A DNA stretch of 64,000 nucleotides, from the NCBI GenBank assembly GCA_050944435.1, contig JBMNRB010000005.1:17636-81635 (forward strand), written 5' to 3'. The notes beneath the pieces were generated by a model. It saw nothing but the letters and a program-made list of their open reading frames with translations, had not been told where the DNA came from and did no database searches. Of this stretch, positions 49,645 through 59,929 are shown one piece after another; position 1 is the stretch's first letter; the number at the start of each line of letters is the position of its first letter. The stretch comes from Ruminococcus sp. (lineage in GTDB: Bacteria; Bacillota; Clostridia; Lachnospirales; Lachnospiraceae). The translations under genes were made by a program, and so were the position numbers.

Positions 49645-51688
49645 CAGGGGCCGGAGTAACTCACATGAGTCACTCCGGCCCCTGAAATTTTTTACTAAAA
49701 GAGAAAAAGACGGCTAACGACAACCGTCTTTCTCCCCGTTCCATGTTATAATGGAACTATGCTAACCAAAGATTATTATAACGACTTTTTTGAAATTGGG
49801 CAACTAAAAATTAACTTCAGTCTCTTCGACTTGGGCTTACCCGATGACGATCCAGTCTATACCCTGAAAAAAGTAATGGAGGATTTAGATTTTTCAGGCC
49901 TGCTGGCCTGTTATTCAGATAAGGGAAGAACCGGGTTTAATCCAATCATGCTGTATTCTGTTGTTACCTATGCAAACATGCGGGGAGTCCGGGCTGTTGA
50001 CCGCATTGTTGAACTCTGCGAAAGGGACCTGGCCTTTATCTGGCTGACCAAAGGGCAAAAGCCAAAGCGGGATGCCTTTTATGATTTTAAAGGGAAGAAG
50101 CTGACCGGGGAAGTCCTGGATGAACTGAACTATCAGTTTATGCGCCGCTTGGAAAAGGAAGGCCTCGTCACCCTGAAAGAACTGTACATTGATGGGACAA
50201 AGATCGAAGCCAATGCCAACCGGTATACTTTCGTCTGGCGCGGGGCGCTCAACTATCATCTGGCGGGTCTGTTAGACAGGATAGACGCCCTTTACACAAA
50301 ATATAATACGTTCCTGTATGAGAACGGCTATGGCCCTAAATACGATCTGGGGGATGCCCATATGTTTGTGATCCAGGGAATGGACAAAGTCCGGAAGGTT
50401 ATCGAAGAGAACAGGAAACGAAAACTGACAAAACATAAAAAGATCTTCAATAATACGATCATTGAGATTGACCATTGTTCTCCTGTTGAGATATTGAAAC
50501 TGCAGAAGAACCTGATGCGGATTGCAGAAGGGGAAGGAATCCGGTTCACTTTCGGGAAGGGGAAACATAAGCCGGATCTCCAGAAACTTTATGAGGAACT
50601 GGAAGAATGCGGAGCCCGTCTGATGGGTTATAAGGAATGTTTTGAGATCATGGGGAAAGACCGCAACAGCTATTCCAAGACAGACCTGGAAGCCACTTTT
50701 ATGCGGATGAAAGAGGACCATATGCTGAATGGACAGTTAAAACCGGCATACAACGTCCAGATTGCGGTAGAGAATTACTTTATTGTCCATGGATATGTAA
50801 GCAATGATCGGACAGATTACAACACTCTGATCCCTGTCTTAGAGAAGCACAGGAAAGCGTTTGGAGATACCCTGGAGGCAGTGACTGCCGATAGCGGCTA
50901 CTGCAGTGAAAAGAACCTGCTGTATCTGAAAGAGAATGGGATCCGCAGCTTCATCAAGCTTCAGGACCATGAAAAGCGGAAGACCCGTGCCTATAAAGAA
51001 GACATCGGGAAGTATTACAACATGACATACGCCGTCTTTGAAGACGAGCATTATTACATCTGCCATGACGGAAGAGAGCTGCGCCATATCCGGACAGAAA
51101 ACAAAGAGCAGGATGGCTACACCCAGACAGTAGAAGTATACGGCTGCAGGGACTGCAGCGGCTGTGAACATAAAGCCCAATGTCTTTATAAATACAATGC
51201 GCAAAAGAATCCGGACCGGAATAAGGTCATGAAGATCAATGAACGATGGGAAGAACTAAAGGAAGACTCCAACATAAATATCCAAAGTGAGGAAGGGATC
51301 CTGAAGAGGCAGACCCGGTCGATCCAGACGGAAGGCCACTTTGGAGACCTCAAAGGAAACGAAAATTTCCGACGGTTCAACTACCGGTCAGAAGAGAAAG
51401 TGTATAAGGAGTTCATGCTGTATGTGATCGGGCGGAACATCATGAAATACCACCGGTTCTTACAACATGAGATAGAGAAATATGAAGGGAAAAAGGAGCA
51501 GAAAACCGCTTAGTTAAGGGAGCGCTTCCCAAAATCCAGACAAGGGGTTTTTGCGCTCAAAAATAAGGAATACAGAAAGAAAGAGACGATTCCGTAAAGA
51601 TCCGGGCCTTTATAAAAGCCTGGATTTTACAAGATAGTCTCTTTCTTTTTCATAAGAGGGCCAAAATCGGCATTAGCCGATGGCCCCT
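49645..51688 (+). mobile_element. IS1182-family insertion sequence (ends approximate)
   Basis: Contains the transposase below; flanked by GGGGCC...GGCCCC hairpins at 49645-49684 and 51657-51688. Confidence 0.75.
49759..51513 (+). CDS. IS1182-family DDE transposase
   Basis: DUF772-like 'GRTGFNPIML', 'YIDGTKIEANANRYTFVW', 'FMRMKEDHM...YNVQ', 'TADSGY', Zn-finger 'CSGC...C', 'EGHFG'. Confidence 0.93.
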   Translation: MLTKDYYNDFFEIGQLKINFSLFDLGLPDDDPVYTLKKVMEDLDFSGLLACYSDKGRTGFNPIMLYSVVTYANMRGVRAVDRIVELCERDLAFIWLTKGQKPKRDAFYDFKGKKLTGEVLDELNYQFMRRLEKEGLVTLKELYIDGTKIEANANRYTFVWRGALNYHLAGLLDRIDALYTKYNTFLYENGYGPKYDLGDAHMFVIQGMDKVRKVIEENRKRKLTKHKKIFNNTIIEIDHCSPVEILKLQKNLMRIAEGEGIRFTFGKGKHKPDLQKLYEELEECGARLMGYKECFEIMGKDRNSYSKTDLEATFMRMKEDHMLNGQLKPAYNVQIAVENYFIVHGYVSNDRTDYNTLIPVLEKHRKAFGDTLEAVTADSGYCSEKNLLYLKENGIRSFIKLQDHEKRKTRAYKEDIGKYYNMTYAVFEDEHYYICHDGRELRHIRTENKEQDGYTQTVEVYGCRDCSGCEHKAQCLYKYNAQKNPDRNKVMKINERWEELKEDSNINIQSEEGILKRQTRSIQTEGHFGDLKGNENFRRFNYRSEEKVYKEFMLYVIGRNIMKYHRFLQHEIEKYEGKKEQKTA

Positions 51689-51809
51689 TTGCTTTATGGT
51701 ACTAAAAAAGTTGACAACTGTAATTCAGTGTACCATATTGTATATATAAAAGTAATACAGTATGGTACGGAAGGCGGCAAGAAAGGTTAACATAAGGAGA
51801 ATACGAAAG

Positions 51810-52370
51810 ATGAATTTATATACCTGGGAGGAATTGAAAAATTTTGTGGACCACTGTACCCGATGCGGTCTGTGTCGGGGGCGGAAGCTTCCGGTGATGG
51901 GACGGGGAGACTTAAAAAGCAAACTTATGCTCATTGCGGAAGCGCCAGGGAGAATGGAAAACCAGCAGGGGATCCCTTTTGTGGGCCGCTCCGGCGAAGT
52001 GCTGGACGAACTTTTGGAATCTGTTTCCCTTACGAGGGAGGAAATTTATATTACCAATATCAATAAATGCCATCCGCCAGGCAACCGGGATCCAGAAAGC
52101 GGGGAACAGGAGGCATGTATGCCTTATCTGAAATATGAGACGGCGCTGATCCGCCCGAAAATCATGGTATGCCTGGGAAGGATTGCCGCCCAGAGGATTA
52201 TCCGTCCGGATTTTCGGATTACCCGGGAACATGGAATATGGACAGAAAGAAAGGGCTTTTTTCTGATGGGCGTTTACCATCCGTCGGCGCTGCTGCGGGA
52301 TCCTTCAAAAATGGAGGGGGCCAAGGAGGATTTCCGAAGGATACGGGAAAAACTGGATGCCTTTTTATAA
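51810..52370 (+). CDS. Uracil-DNA glycosylase, family 4
   Basis: 'CTRCGLC', 'EAPG..E..QGIPFVG', 'NINKCHPPGNRDP', 'YHPSALLR'. Confidence 0.92.
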   Translation: MNLYTWEELKNFVDHCTRCGLCRGRKLPVMGRGDLKSKLMLIAEAPGRMENQQGIPFVGRSGEVLDELLESVSLTREEIYITNINKCHPPGNRDPESGEQEACMPYLKYETALIRPKIMVCLGRIAAQRIIRPDFRITREHGIWTERKGFFLMGVYHPSALLRDPSKMEGAKEDFRRIREKLDAFL

Positions 52371-52377
52371 TTGGTGG

Positions 52378-52405
52378 TTGACAACATCTTACATCATGAT
52401 ATAAT
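52378..52405 (+). promoter_or_regulatory. sigmaA promoter of the fatty-acid synthesis cluster
   Basis: TTGACA, 16 nt, TATAAT with extended TG. Confidence 0.7.
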
Positions 52406-52476
52406 ACTTTAAGATTTGAATAGTTTGAAATCGAAAATATTTTAAATTAAAACATAATCCGACACTGGAGGTTAAG

Positions 52477-53433
52477 GTGAGAGCGAGAATATTAGGTACC
52501 GGAAGTTATTTACCGGAACATGTACTGACAAATGACGATATGGCGAAACTGGTGGAGACCAGTGATGAATGGATCCGTGAGCGGACTGGTATCTGTGAAC
52601 GGCATCTGACAGATCAGGGGACGCTGCACATGGCTTGTGAAGCATCGAAAAAAGCCCTTCAGAACAGCCGCCTGACAGCGAAGGATCTGGATATGATTAT
52701 TGTGGCGACGTTTACGCCGGATTATCTGTTCCCCAATGCTTCCTGTCAGCTGCAGGCAGCCCTGGGAGCAGATAACGTACCCTGCATGGATTTAAGCGCG
52801 GCCTGTTCCGGATTTATTTATTCCCTCAATACGGCTGCGGCCTTTATTCAGGCGGGAATTTATAAAAAAATCCTGGTGGTGGCGGCGGAAACTCTTTCCC
52901 GCGTAGTGGACTGGGAGGACAGAAGCACTTGTATTCTGTTTGGAGACGGAGCGGGAGCTGTCGTGCTGGGAGCCGATGAGACGGGTATTCTGGCTATGGA
53001 TATGGGAAGCGACGGAGTTAAGGGTCCTGTGCTCTACTGTGAAGGATGGCCCATTACCAATCCCATTGTGAATAAGGGAGAAGCAGGAAAACTCAGGATG
53101 AATGGCCAGGAGGTTTACAAGTTTGCCGTACGCCGTCTGCCGAAAACCATTGAGACGGTGCTTGAGGAAAGCGGAATATCGGCAGATGAAGTAGATCATT
53201 TTATTTTCCATCAGGCCAATAAAAGGATTCTGCAGGCGGCGGCGAAACATCTGAAAATTCCCGCGGAAAAAATGCCGATGAATATGGATCACTGCGGAAA
53301 TCTGTCCGCTGCCAGCATACCGGTTCTGCTGGATGAATACAATCAGACCGGAAAGATAAAACGGGGCGATAAGGTGGTGCTGGCTGCCTTCGGAGGCGGA
53401 TTGAGCTGGGCCAGCGCCCTTTTGATATGGTAA
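52477..53433 (+). CDS. fabH: 3-oxoacyl-ACP synthase III
   Basis: AACSGF, FHQAN, GNLSAASIP. Confidence 0.96.
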   Translation: MRARILGTGSYLPEHVLTNDDMAKLVETSDEWIRERTGICERHLTDQGTLHMACEASKKALQNSRLTAKDLDMIIVATFTPDYLFPNASCQLQAALGADNVPCMDLSAACSGFIYSLNTAAAFIQAGIYKKILVVAAETLSRVVDWEDRSTCILFGDGAGAVVLGADETGILAMDMGSDGVKGPVLYCEGWPITNPIVNKGEAGKLRMNGQEVYKFAVRRLPKTIETVLEESGISADEVDHFIFHQANKRILQAAAKHLKIPAEKMPMNMDHCGNLSAASIPVLLDEYNQTGKIKRGDKVVLAAFGGGLSWASALLIW

Positions 53434-53492
53434 AGAGCGCTGCAGGCGCATTACATTATAAAAATATAAAAGAGAAAAAGGAGAACAAAACA

Positions 53493-53726
53493 ATGTTGGA
53501 AAAAATGAAAGAGATGATTGCAGACCAGTTGGGAATTGATGCAGAGGAGGTAACACCCGATAAAGCGCTGAAGGAGGACCTGAACGCAGATTCCTTGGAT
53601 CTTTTTGAACTGGTGACAAACCTGGAAGATGAATATGAAATTGAAATTCCGGCAGAAGATCTGGAAACTATGGTTACCGTACAGGATGTGCTGGATTATC
53701 TGAAAAATAAAGGAATCGAAGAATAA
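53493..53726 (+). CDS. acpP: Acyl carrier protein
   Basis: 'DLNADSLDLFEL'; start after the AAGGAG RBS. Confidence 0.95.
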   Translation: MLEKMKEMIADQLGIDAEEVTPDKALKEDLNADSLDLFELVTNLEDEYEIEIPAEDLETMVTVQDVLDYLKNKGIEE

Positions 53727-53757
53727 TAACTGATAAGTAAAGAAAGGCGGGTAAGCC

Positions 53758-54699
53758 ATGAAGACGAGAGTAACAGAACTTTTAGGTACACAGTATCCCA
53801 TCATTCAGGGAGGTATGGCCTGGGTAGCGGAACATCATCTGGCGGCCGCAGTTTCAGAGGCAGGCGGTCTCGGACTGATTGGCGCAGCCAACGCTCCTGC
53901 AGAAGTGGTGCGGGAGGAAATCCGTAAAGCCAGAGAGCTGACGGACAAGCCCTTTGGCGTCAATATTATGCTGCTCAGCCCCAGCGCAGAAGAGATCGCA
54001 CAACTGGTTATTGAAGAAAAGGTTCCGGTGATTACCACAGGAGCCGGAAATCCGGAAAAATACATGACTGCATGGAAGGAAGCGGGAATCAAAGTAATCC
54101 CCGTTGTGGCCAGTGTGGCATTGGCCAGAAGAATGGAACGGTACGGAGCCGACGCCGTTGTGGCGGAGGGCTGTGAAGCCGGCGGCCATATCGGTGAACA
54201 GACGACCATGACTCTGGTTCCCCAGGTGGCAGATGCAGTGAATATTCCGGTAATCGGCGCCGGCGGTGTGGGCGACGGCAGAGGCATGGCGGCCATGTTT
54301 CTGTTAGGAGCAGAGGGCGTGCAGATCGGAACACGTTTCGTGGTATCCGATGAGTCCATTGTACATGACAATTATAAAGACAGAATTATCAAGGCAAAGG
54401 ATATTGACAGTGTGGTAACCGGCCGTTCTACCGGACACCCGGTGAGAACGCTCAGGAATCAGAACACAAAAGAGTATCTCCAGAAAGAGAGAGAAGGAGC
54501 CGGCTTTGAAGAGTTGGAAAGCCTTACGGTGGGCGGTTTAAGAAGAGCCGTTCAGGAGGGCGATATCAAGACAGGCAGCGTCATGGCCGGACAGATTGCC
54601 GGGATGATTAAGAAGCGTCAGCCCTGCAAAGAAATCATTGAAGAGCTGGTTCAGGAAACGGAAGCACTGTTAAAAGGAGCAGAAAAGTGGGAAAAATAG
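53758..54699 (+). CDS. fabK: Enoyl-ACP reductase II
   Basis: 'YPIIQGGMAWV', 'EAGGHIG', 'AGQIAG'. Confidence 0.95.
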   Translation: MKTRVTELLGTQYPIIQGGMAWVAEHHLAAAVSEAGGLGLIGAANAPAEVVREEIRKARELTDKPFGVNIMLLSPSAEEIAQLVIEEKVPVITTGAGNPEKYMTAWKEAGIKVIPVVASVALARRMERYGADAVVAEGCEAGGHIGEQTTMTLVPQVADAVNIPVIGAGGVGDGRGMAAMFLLGAEGVQIGTRFVVSDESIVHDNYKDRIIKAKDIDSVVTGRSTGHPVRTLRNQNTKEYLQKEREGAGFEELESLTVGGLRRAVQEGDIKTGSVMAGQIAGMIKKRQPCKEIIEELVQETEALLKGAEKWEK

Positions 54700-55610
54700 C
54701 GTATATATTCCCGGGACAGGGAGCGCAGAAAGCGGGAATGGGAAAAGACTTTTACGAAAATTCCCCTCTGTCCAGAGAAATTTATGAAAAGAGCAGCGAG
54801 CTTCTGGGATTTTCCATGGAAGAACTCTGCTTTGAAGAAAATGACCGGCTGGATATCACAGAATATACCCAGGCGGCCCTTGTGACCACCAGCGTGGCCA
54901 TGCTGGCCGAGATAGCAAAAATGGGCTTTCAGCCGGATGTGGCGGCCGGTTTAAGTCTGGGGGAATACTGTGCGCTGACAGCCTGCGGGGCCATGACTTT
55001 TGAGGACGCGGTGAAAGTCGTCCGTCAAAGAGGAATCCTCATGCAGGAGGCGGTTCCCCTGGGCCAGGGCGCTATGGCGGCGGTCATGGGAATGACGGCG
55101 GACCAGATTGACCGGGTGGTAGATCAGATCGACGGCGTAGAAGTTGCAAATTATAATTGCCCGGGACAGATCGTCATTTCAGGCAGGACAGAAAGTGTGG
55201 AAAATGCCTGCGCCGCGTTAAAAGAAGCGGGAGCCAAACGGACGGTACCTTTAAAGGTCAGCGGTCCTTTCCATTCCAGCATGCTGCGGACGGCAGGAGA
55301 GAAGCTGGGAGAAGTTTTAAAGCCGGTGAAGCTGACATCTCACCGCATTCCATACGTGACAAACGTTACGGCTTCTTATGTGGAAGGCACAGAGGAAATC
55401 AAGGATCTGCTGGTACGTCAGGTCAGCAGTTCTGTCAGATGGCAGCAGAGTGTGGAGAACATGATAGCTGCCGGCGTGGATCGTTTTGTAGAAATTGGAC
55501 CGGGGAGAACCCTGGCTTCCTTTGTGAAAAAGATATCCCGGGAGGTATCCGTTTATAACGTAAATACCTGGGATTCCCTGGAAGGATTGGAAGAATATCT
55601 GGGCAGATAA
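54687..55610 (+). CDS. fabD: Malonyl CoA-ACP transacylase
   Basis: FPGQGAQ, GLSLGEY, VSGPFHS. Confidence 0.95.
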   Translation: MGKIAYIFPGQGAQKAGMGKDFYENSPLSREIYEKSSELLGFSMEELCFEENDRLDITEYTQAALVTTSVAMLAEIAKMGFQPDVAAGLSLGEYCALTACGAMTFEDAVKVVRQRGILMQEAVPLGQGAMAAVMGMTADQIDRVVDQIDGVEVANYNCPGQIVISGRTESVENACAALKEAGAKRTVPLKVSGPFHSSMLRTAGEKLGEVLKPVKLTSHRIPYVTNVTASYVEGTEEIKDLLVRQVSSSVRWQQSVENMIAAGVDRFVEIGPGRTLASFVKKISREVSVYNVNTWDSLEGLEEYLGR

Positions 55611-55662
55611 AAGCTGTCGGTTAATAACAGATACGGTAAGTGAATGGATGATGGAGGAAAAC

Positions 55663-56403
55663 ATGTTGGAAAATCAGGTAGCAGTTGTGACAGGAGGAGC
55701 CAGAGGAATCGGCCGGGCTATCGCACTGGCATTGGCCAAAGAAGGAGCTACAGTTATCATCAACTGTAATGGTTCTGTGGAGAAAGCACAGGAAACAGCA
55801 AAAGAAATACAGAAAAATGGCGGCCGGGCGGAGGTCTGTCCCTTTAACGTGGCGGATTATGAAGCTGTTGAGACCGGATTTGCCGATATTCTTTCCCGCC
55901 ATGGCCGTATTGATATTCTGGTCAACAATGCAGGGATTACGAAAGACGGCCTTCTGATGCGGATGAGTGAAGAGGATTTTACCCGTGTGGTGGATATCAA
56001 TCTGAAAGGCGCATACCACTGCAGCAAATGGGCGGTGAAAGCCATGATCAAACAGCGGAGCGGCCGTATTATCAATATCTCTTCCGTATCCGGAGTAACG
56101 GGAAATGCAGGTCAGGTAAACTACAGCGCTTCAAAGGCGGGGTTGATCGGCATGACAAAATCCATTGCCCGTGAGGTGGCCTCCCGGGGAATTACGGTAA
56201 ATGCAGTAGCTCCCGGATTTATTGAGACTGATATGACGAATGTGCTGTCAGATCGGGTGAAAGAGGGAGCTGTGGCGACTATTCCTCTGGGTCATTTTGG
56301 ACAGCCGGAGGATGTGGCGGATGCAGTGGTATTTCTGGCATCTGACAAAAGCCGCTATATTACGGGGCAGGTACTCCATGTAGACGGCGGAATGGTAATG
56401 TAA
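55663..56403 (+). CDS. fabG: 3-oxoacyl-ACP reductase
   Basis: TGGARGIG, NNAGITKD, YSASK. Confidence 0.95.
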   Translation: MLENQVAVVTGGARGIGRAIALALAKEGATVIINCNGSVEKAQETAKEIQKNGGRAEVCPFNVADYEAVETGFADILSRHGRIDILVNNAGITKDGLLMRMSEEDFTRVVDINLKGAYHCSKWAVKAMIKQRSGRIINISSVSGVTGNAGQVNYSASKAGLIGMTKSIAREVASRGITVNAVAPGFIETDMTNVLSDRVKEGAVATIPLGHFGQPEDVADAVVFLASDKSRYITGQVLHVDGGMVM

Positions 56404-56414
56404 GGAGGATATCC

Positions 56415-57650
56415 ATGAGACGAGTAGTAGTGACGGGAATGGGAGCCATTACTCCCATCGGAAACAGTGTGGATGAATTTTGGGCGGCGGTAAAGAAACA
56501 GACCGTGGGAATTGGTGAGATTACCAAAATGGATGTGACGGATTATAAAGTCAAACTGGCCGCTGAGATAAAGGGTTTTGACGCCAAAGAGCATATGGAT
56601 GCCAAGACTGCCCGCCGTATGGAGGCATTCTGCCATTATGCCATAGCTGCCACGGAAGAAGCGCTGAAAGATTCCCAATTGAATCTGGAAGAAGAAGATC
56701 CCTACCGCGTAGGCGTCAGCATCGGTTCCGGTATCGGAAGCCTGCAGACCATCGAGAGGGAATATCAGAAACTGCTGAAGAGCGGGCCAAGGCGGGTGAG
56801 CCCTTTGATGGTTCCTATGCTGATCAGCAATATGGCGGCAGGGAATGTCAGCATTCAATTTGGATTAAAAGGAAAAAGCATCAACGTGGTGACCGCCTGC
56901 GCCACGGGAACTCATTCCATCGGAGAAGCCTTCCGTACTATTCAGTACGGCGATGCGGATGTGATGGTGGCCGGAGGAACGGAGAGTTCCATCACCCCCA
57001 GCGGTCTTGCAGGATTTTCTTCTTTGACGGCGCTGACGACTTCCCAGGATCCCCTGCGGGCATCTATTCCCTTTGACAAGGAAAGGGGCGGATTCGTCAT
57101 GGGAGAGGGAGCCGGCGTAGTGATTCTGGAAGAGCTGGAACACGCGCTGAAGAGAAATGCCAGGATATATGCGGAGCTGGTGGGGTATGGAGCCACCAGC
57201 GATGCTTTCCATATCACATCCCCCGCAGAAGACGGAAGCGGTGCGGCCAAGGCTATGGAGATGGCCATGGAGGACGCCAAGATTACTCCGGCTGATGTGG
57301 ATTATATCAATGCCCATGGCACAGGTACCCATCACAATGATCTTTTCGAGACAAAGGCCATCAAGCTGGCCATGAAAGAAGAGGCCGGCCGTGTGAAAAT
57401 CAGTTCCACCAAGTCTATGATCGGTCACTTGCTGGGAGCAGCCGGCGGTGTGGAATTTATCACTTGTGTAAAATCCATTGAGGATAATTATCTCCATCCC
57501 ACAGTGGGTTATCAGGTTCCCGATGAGGAGTGTGATCTGGACTATATCACAGACGGTCCCGCAGAGCAGGAAGTAAATTGCTGCCTGAGCAATTCACTGG
57601 GATTTGGCGGACATAATGCAACCCTTTGTGTGAAACGGTATGAGAAATAG
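56415..57650 (+). CDS. fabF: 3-oxoacyl-ACP synthase II
   Basis: TACATG, NAHGTGT, KSMIGHLLGAAG, NSLGFGG. Confidence 0.96.
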   Translation: MRRVVVTGMGAITPIGNSVDEFWAAVKKQTVGIGEITKMDVTDYKVKLAAEIKGFDAKEHMDAKTARRMEAFCHYAIAATEEALKDSQLNLEEEDPYRVGVSIGSGIGSLQTIEREYQKLLKSGPRRVSPLMVPMLISNMAAGNVSIQFGLKGKSINVVTACATGTHSIGEAFRTIQYGDADVMVAGGTESSITPSGLAGFSSLTALTTSQDPLRASIPFDKERGGFVMGEGAGVVILEELEHALKRNARIYAELVGYGATSDAFHITSPAEDGSGAAKAMEMAMEDAKITPADVDYINAHGTGTHHNDLFETKAIKLAMKEEAGRVKISSTKSMIGHLLGAAGGVEFITCVKSIEDNYLHPTVGYQVPDEECDLDYITDGPAEQEVNCCLSNSLGFGGHNATLCVKRYEK

Positions 57651-57658
57651 GAGGAGCT

Positions 57659-58084
57659 ATGGAAACGGAACAGATTATTCGTTTGATAGAGACAGTCTCC
57701 AAGTCTTCATTGACGGAGTTTGAATACAGCGAGGGAGAGGTAAAGCTGGTATTGAAAGCGGGAGCGCCGGCTTCTGCTCCGGCAGCTCCCAGGGCGCAAA
57801 AGCAGCCGGCTCCGGAAAATGAAGGGGAAAGAGAAGAATTTGTGGATGACGGCACCTGGATCAAATCGCCGCTGGTGGGAACCTTTTACAGTGCGCCGGC
57901 AGAGGATGCCCAGCCTTTCGTTCAGGTGGGCGACACCGTGAAAAAGGGGCAGGTGCTGGGCATCATAGAAACGATGAAACTGATGAACGAGATAGAAAGC
58001 GACAGAGACGGCGTGGTCACAGAGATTGTGATTGAGAATGAACAGGTGGTAGAATTTGGTCAGCTGTTATTCCGCGTCGAGTAA
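57659..58084 (+). CDS. accB: Acetyl-CoA carboxylase biotin carboxyl carrier protein
   Basis: [16 protein letters not shown] biotinylation site. Confidence 0.95.
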   Translation: METEQIIRLIETVSKSSLTEFEYSEGEVKLVLKAGAPASAPAAPRAQKQPAPENEGEREEFVDDGTWIKSPLVGTFYSAPAEDAQPFVQVGDTVKKGQVLGIIETMKLMNEIESDRDGVVTEIVIENEQVVEFGQLLFRVE

Positions 58085-58094
58085 GGAGCAGATT

Positions 58095-58520
58095 ATGGCA
58101 TTGGGAATTAAGGAAATAGAACAGATTATTCCGCACCGCCATCCCTTTTTGCTGGTGGACCGGATTGACGAGCTGGAACCGGGTGTGCGGGCAGCCGGCA
58201 TTAAAAATGTGACTTTCCGCGAGGATTTCTTCGCCGGCCATTTTCCCCAGGAGCCGGTAATGCCCGGCGTGCTGGTGGTGGAAGCGCTGGCCCAGGTAGG
58301 GGCCGTGGCGATTCTGAGCGTGCCGGAAAATAAAGGGAAGACAGCATTTTTCGGGGGAATGGATAAGGTAAAATTCCGCAGGAAAGTGGTTCCGGGAGAT
58401 ACCCTTTCCCTGTCCTGTGAGATCATTAAGCAAAAGGGGCCCATCGGCGTGGGGAAAGCGGTGGCAAAGGTAAACGGAGAGATGGCGGTTTCTGCGGAAA
58501 TGACCTTTATTGTGAGCTGA
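58095..58520 (+). CDS. fabZ: 3-hydroxyacyl-ACP dehydratase
   Basis: [28 protein letters not shown]. Confidence 0.95.
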   Translation: MALGIKEIEQIIPHRHPFLLVDRIDELEPGVRAAGIKNVTFREDFFAGHFPQEPVMPGVLVVEALAQVGAVAILSVPENKGKTAFFGGMDKVKFRRKVVPGDTLSLSCEIIKQKGPIGVGKAVAKVNGEMAVSAEMTFIVS

Positions 58521-58535
58521 CGGAAGGTAGAAAGT

Positions 58536-59876
58536 ATGTTTAAGAAGATATTAATTGCCAACCGGGGTGAAATTGCCGTGCGGATTATCCGGGCCTGTAA
58601 GGAGATGGGCGTTCGCACAGTGGCGGTGTATTCAGAGGCCGACCGGGACGCCCTGCACACACTGTTGGCTGACGAGGCGGTCTGTATAGGGCCGGCGGCT
58701 TCCAAGGACAGCTATCTTTCCATGGAGCGGATTTTAAGCGCCACCATCACGATGAATGCAGATGCCATTCATCCCGGATTCGGTTTTCTGTCCGAGAACA
58801 GTAAGTTTGCCAGAATGTGTGAAAAATGCGGCGTGAAGTTTATCGGGCCGGGCAGTGACGTCATTGAAAAAATGGGGAATAAGGCTCAGGCCAGAAACAC
58901 GATGATTGAGGCGGGCGTTCCGGTAGTTCCCGGAAGCAAAGAACCGGTTCTGGATGTGAAGAAGGGGAAAGCGGAAGCAGCTCAGGTGGGATATCCTGTC
59001 ATGATTAAGGCAGCAGCCGGCGGCGGAGGCCGGGGAATGCGGGTAGCCATGACGCCGGAAGAATTTGACGCTCAGTTTAAAACGGCACAGCGGGAAGCGG
59101 AACAGGGATTTTCTGATCCGACTATGTATATTGAGCGTTTTGTGGAAGAGCCCCGACACATTGAATTTCAGATTCTGGCGGACAGCTATGGCAATGTGAT
59201 TCATCTGGGAGAGCGGGACTGTTCAGTACAGCGCCGTCATCAAAAAATGGTGGAGGAATCGCCCAGTCCGGCAATAACTGAAGAAATCCGCTGCAAAATG
59301 GGAGAGGCAGCGGTAAAAGCAGCAAAAGCTGCCGGATATGAAAGCGCGGGAACGATAGAATTTCTGGTAGACAAACAGAAAAACTTTTATTTTATAGAGA
59401 TGAATACAAGAATCCAGGTAGAACATCCTGTGACGGAAGCGGTAACGGGACTGGATTTGATAAAGGAACAGATACGGATTGCAGCCGGAGAACATCTTGA
59501 AATCCGGCAGGAGGATGTGATCCTGAAGGGCCATGCCATGGAATGCCGGATCAATGCGGAAAATCCGGAGAAAAATTTTATGCCCTGTCCGGGAACCATC
59601 GTGGACAGCCATTTTCCCGGCGGAAAGGGTATTCGGATCGACAGCGCAGTGTATAATGGTTATCGGATTCCGCCAAACTATGATTCCATGATTGCCAAGG
59701 TGATCGTTCATGGAAAAGACAGGGAAGAAGCAATTCAGAAGATGAGGGTGGCATTGGAGGAGCTGATTATTGAAGGCGTGGACACCAACCGGGAATATCA
59801 GCTCAGGATCATTACCCATCCGGTATTTAAGGAAGGAAAGCAGGATACTTCGTTTATTGAGAAATATCTCAGCTAG
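58536..59876 (+). CDS. accC: Acetyl-CoA carboxylase biotin carboxylase
   Basis: ANRGEIA, GGGGRGM, RDCSVQRRHQK, EMNTRIQVEH. Confidence 0.96.
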   Translation: MFKKILIANRGEIAVRIIRACKEMGVRTVAVYSEADRDALHTLLADEAVCIGPAASKDSYLSMERILSATITMNADAIHPGFGFLSENSKFARMCEKCGVKFIGPGSDVIEKMGNKAQARNTMIEAGVPVVPGSKEPVLDVKKGKAEAAQVGYPVMIKAAAGGGGRGMRVAMTPEEFDAQFKTAQREAEQGFSDPTMYIERFVEEPRHIEFQILADSYGNVIHLGERDCSVQRRHQKMVEESPSPAITEEIRCKMGEAAVKAAKAAGYESAGTIEFLVDKQKNFYFIEMNTRIQVEHPVTEAVTGLDLIKEQIRIAAGEHLEIRQEDVILKGHAMECRINAENPEKNFMPCPGTIVDSHFPGGKGIRIDSAVYNGYRIPPNYDSMIAKVIVHGKDREEAIQKMRVALEELIIEGVDTNREYQLRIITHPVFKEGKQDTSFIEKYLS

Positions 59877-59929
59877 TATAATGCGGCCGGCTGGCGCAGA
59901 CTGTACTAGAGATAGGGTCAGGTGAAGAA

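Noticed and set aside
49284-49673. 129-aa ORF as an intact gene
   Set aside because: Only the C-terminal IS110 region is homologous; the first ~18 residues are read from the adjacent IS1182 hairpin.
52410-52445. FabT operator in the fabH promoter (AGTTTGAAATCGAAA)
   Set aside because: Palindrome is too imperfect to call by eye; needs a position-weight-matrix scan.
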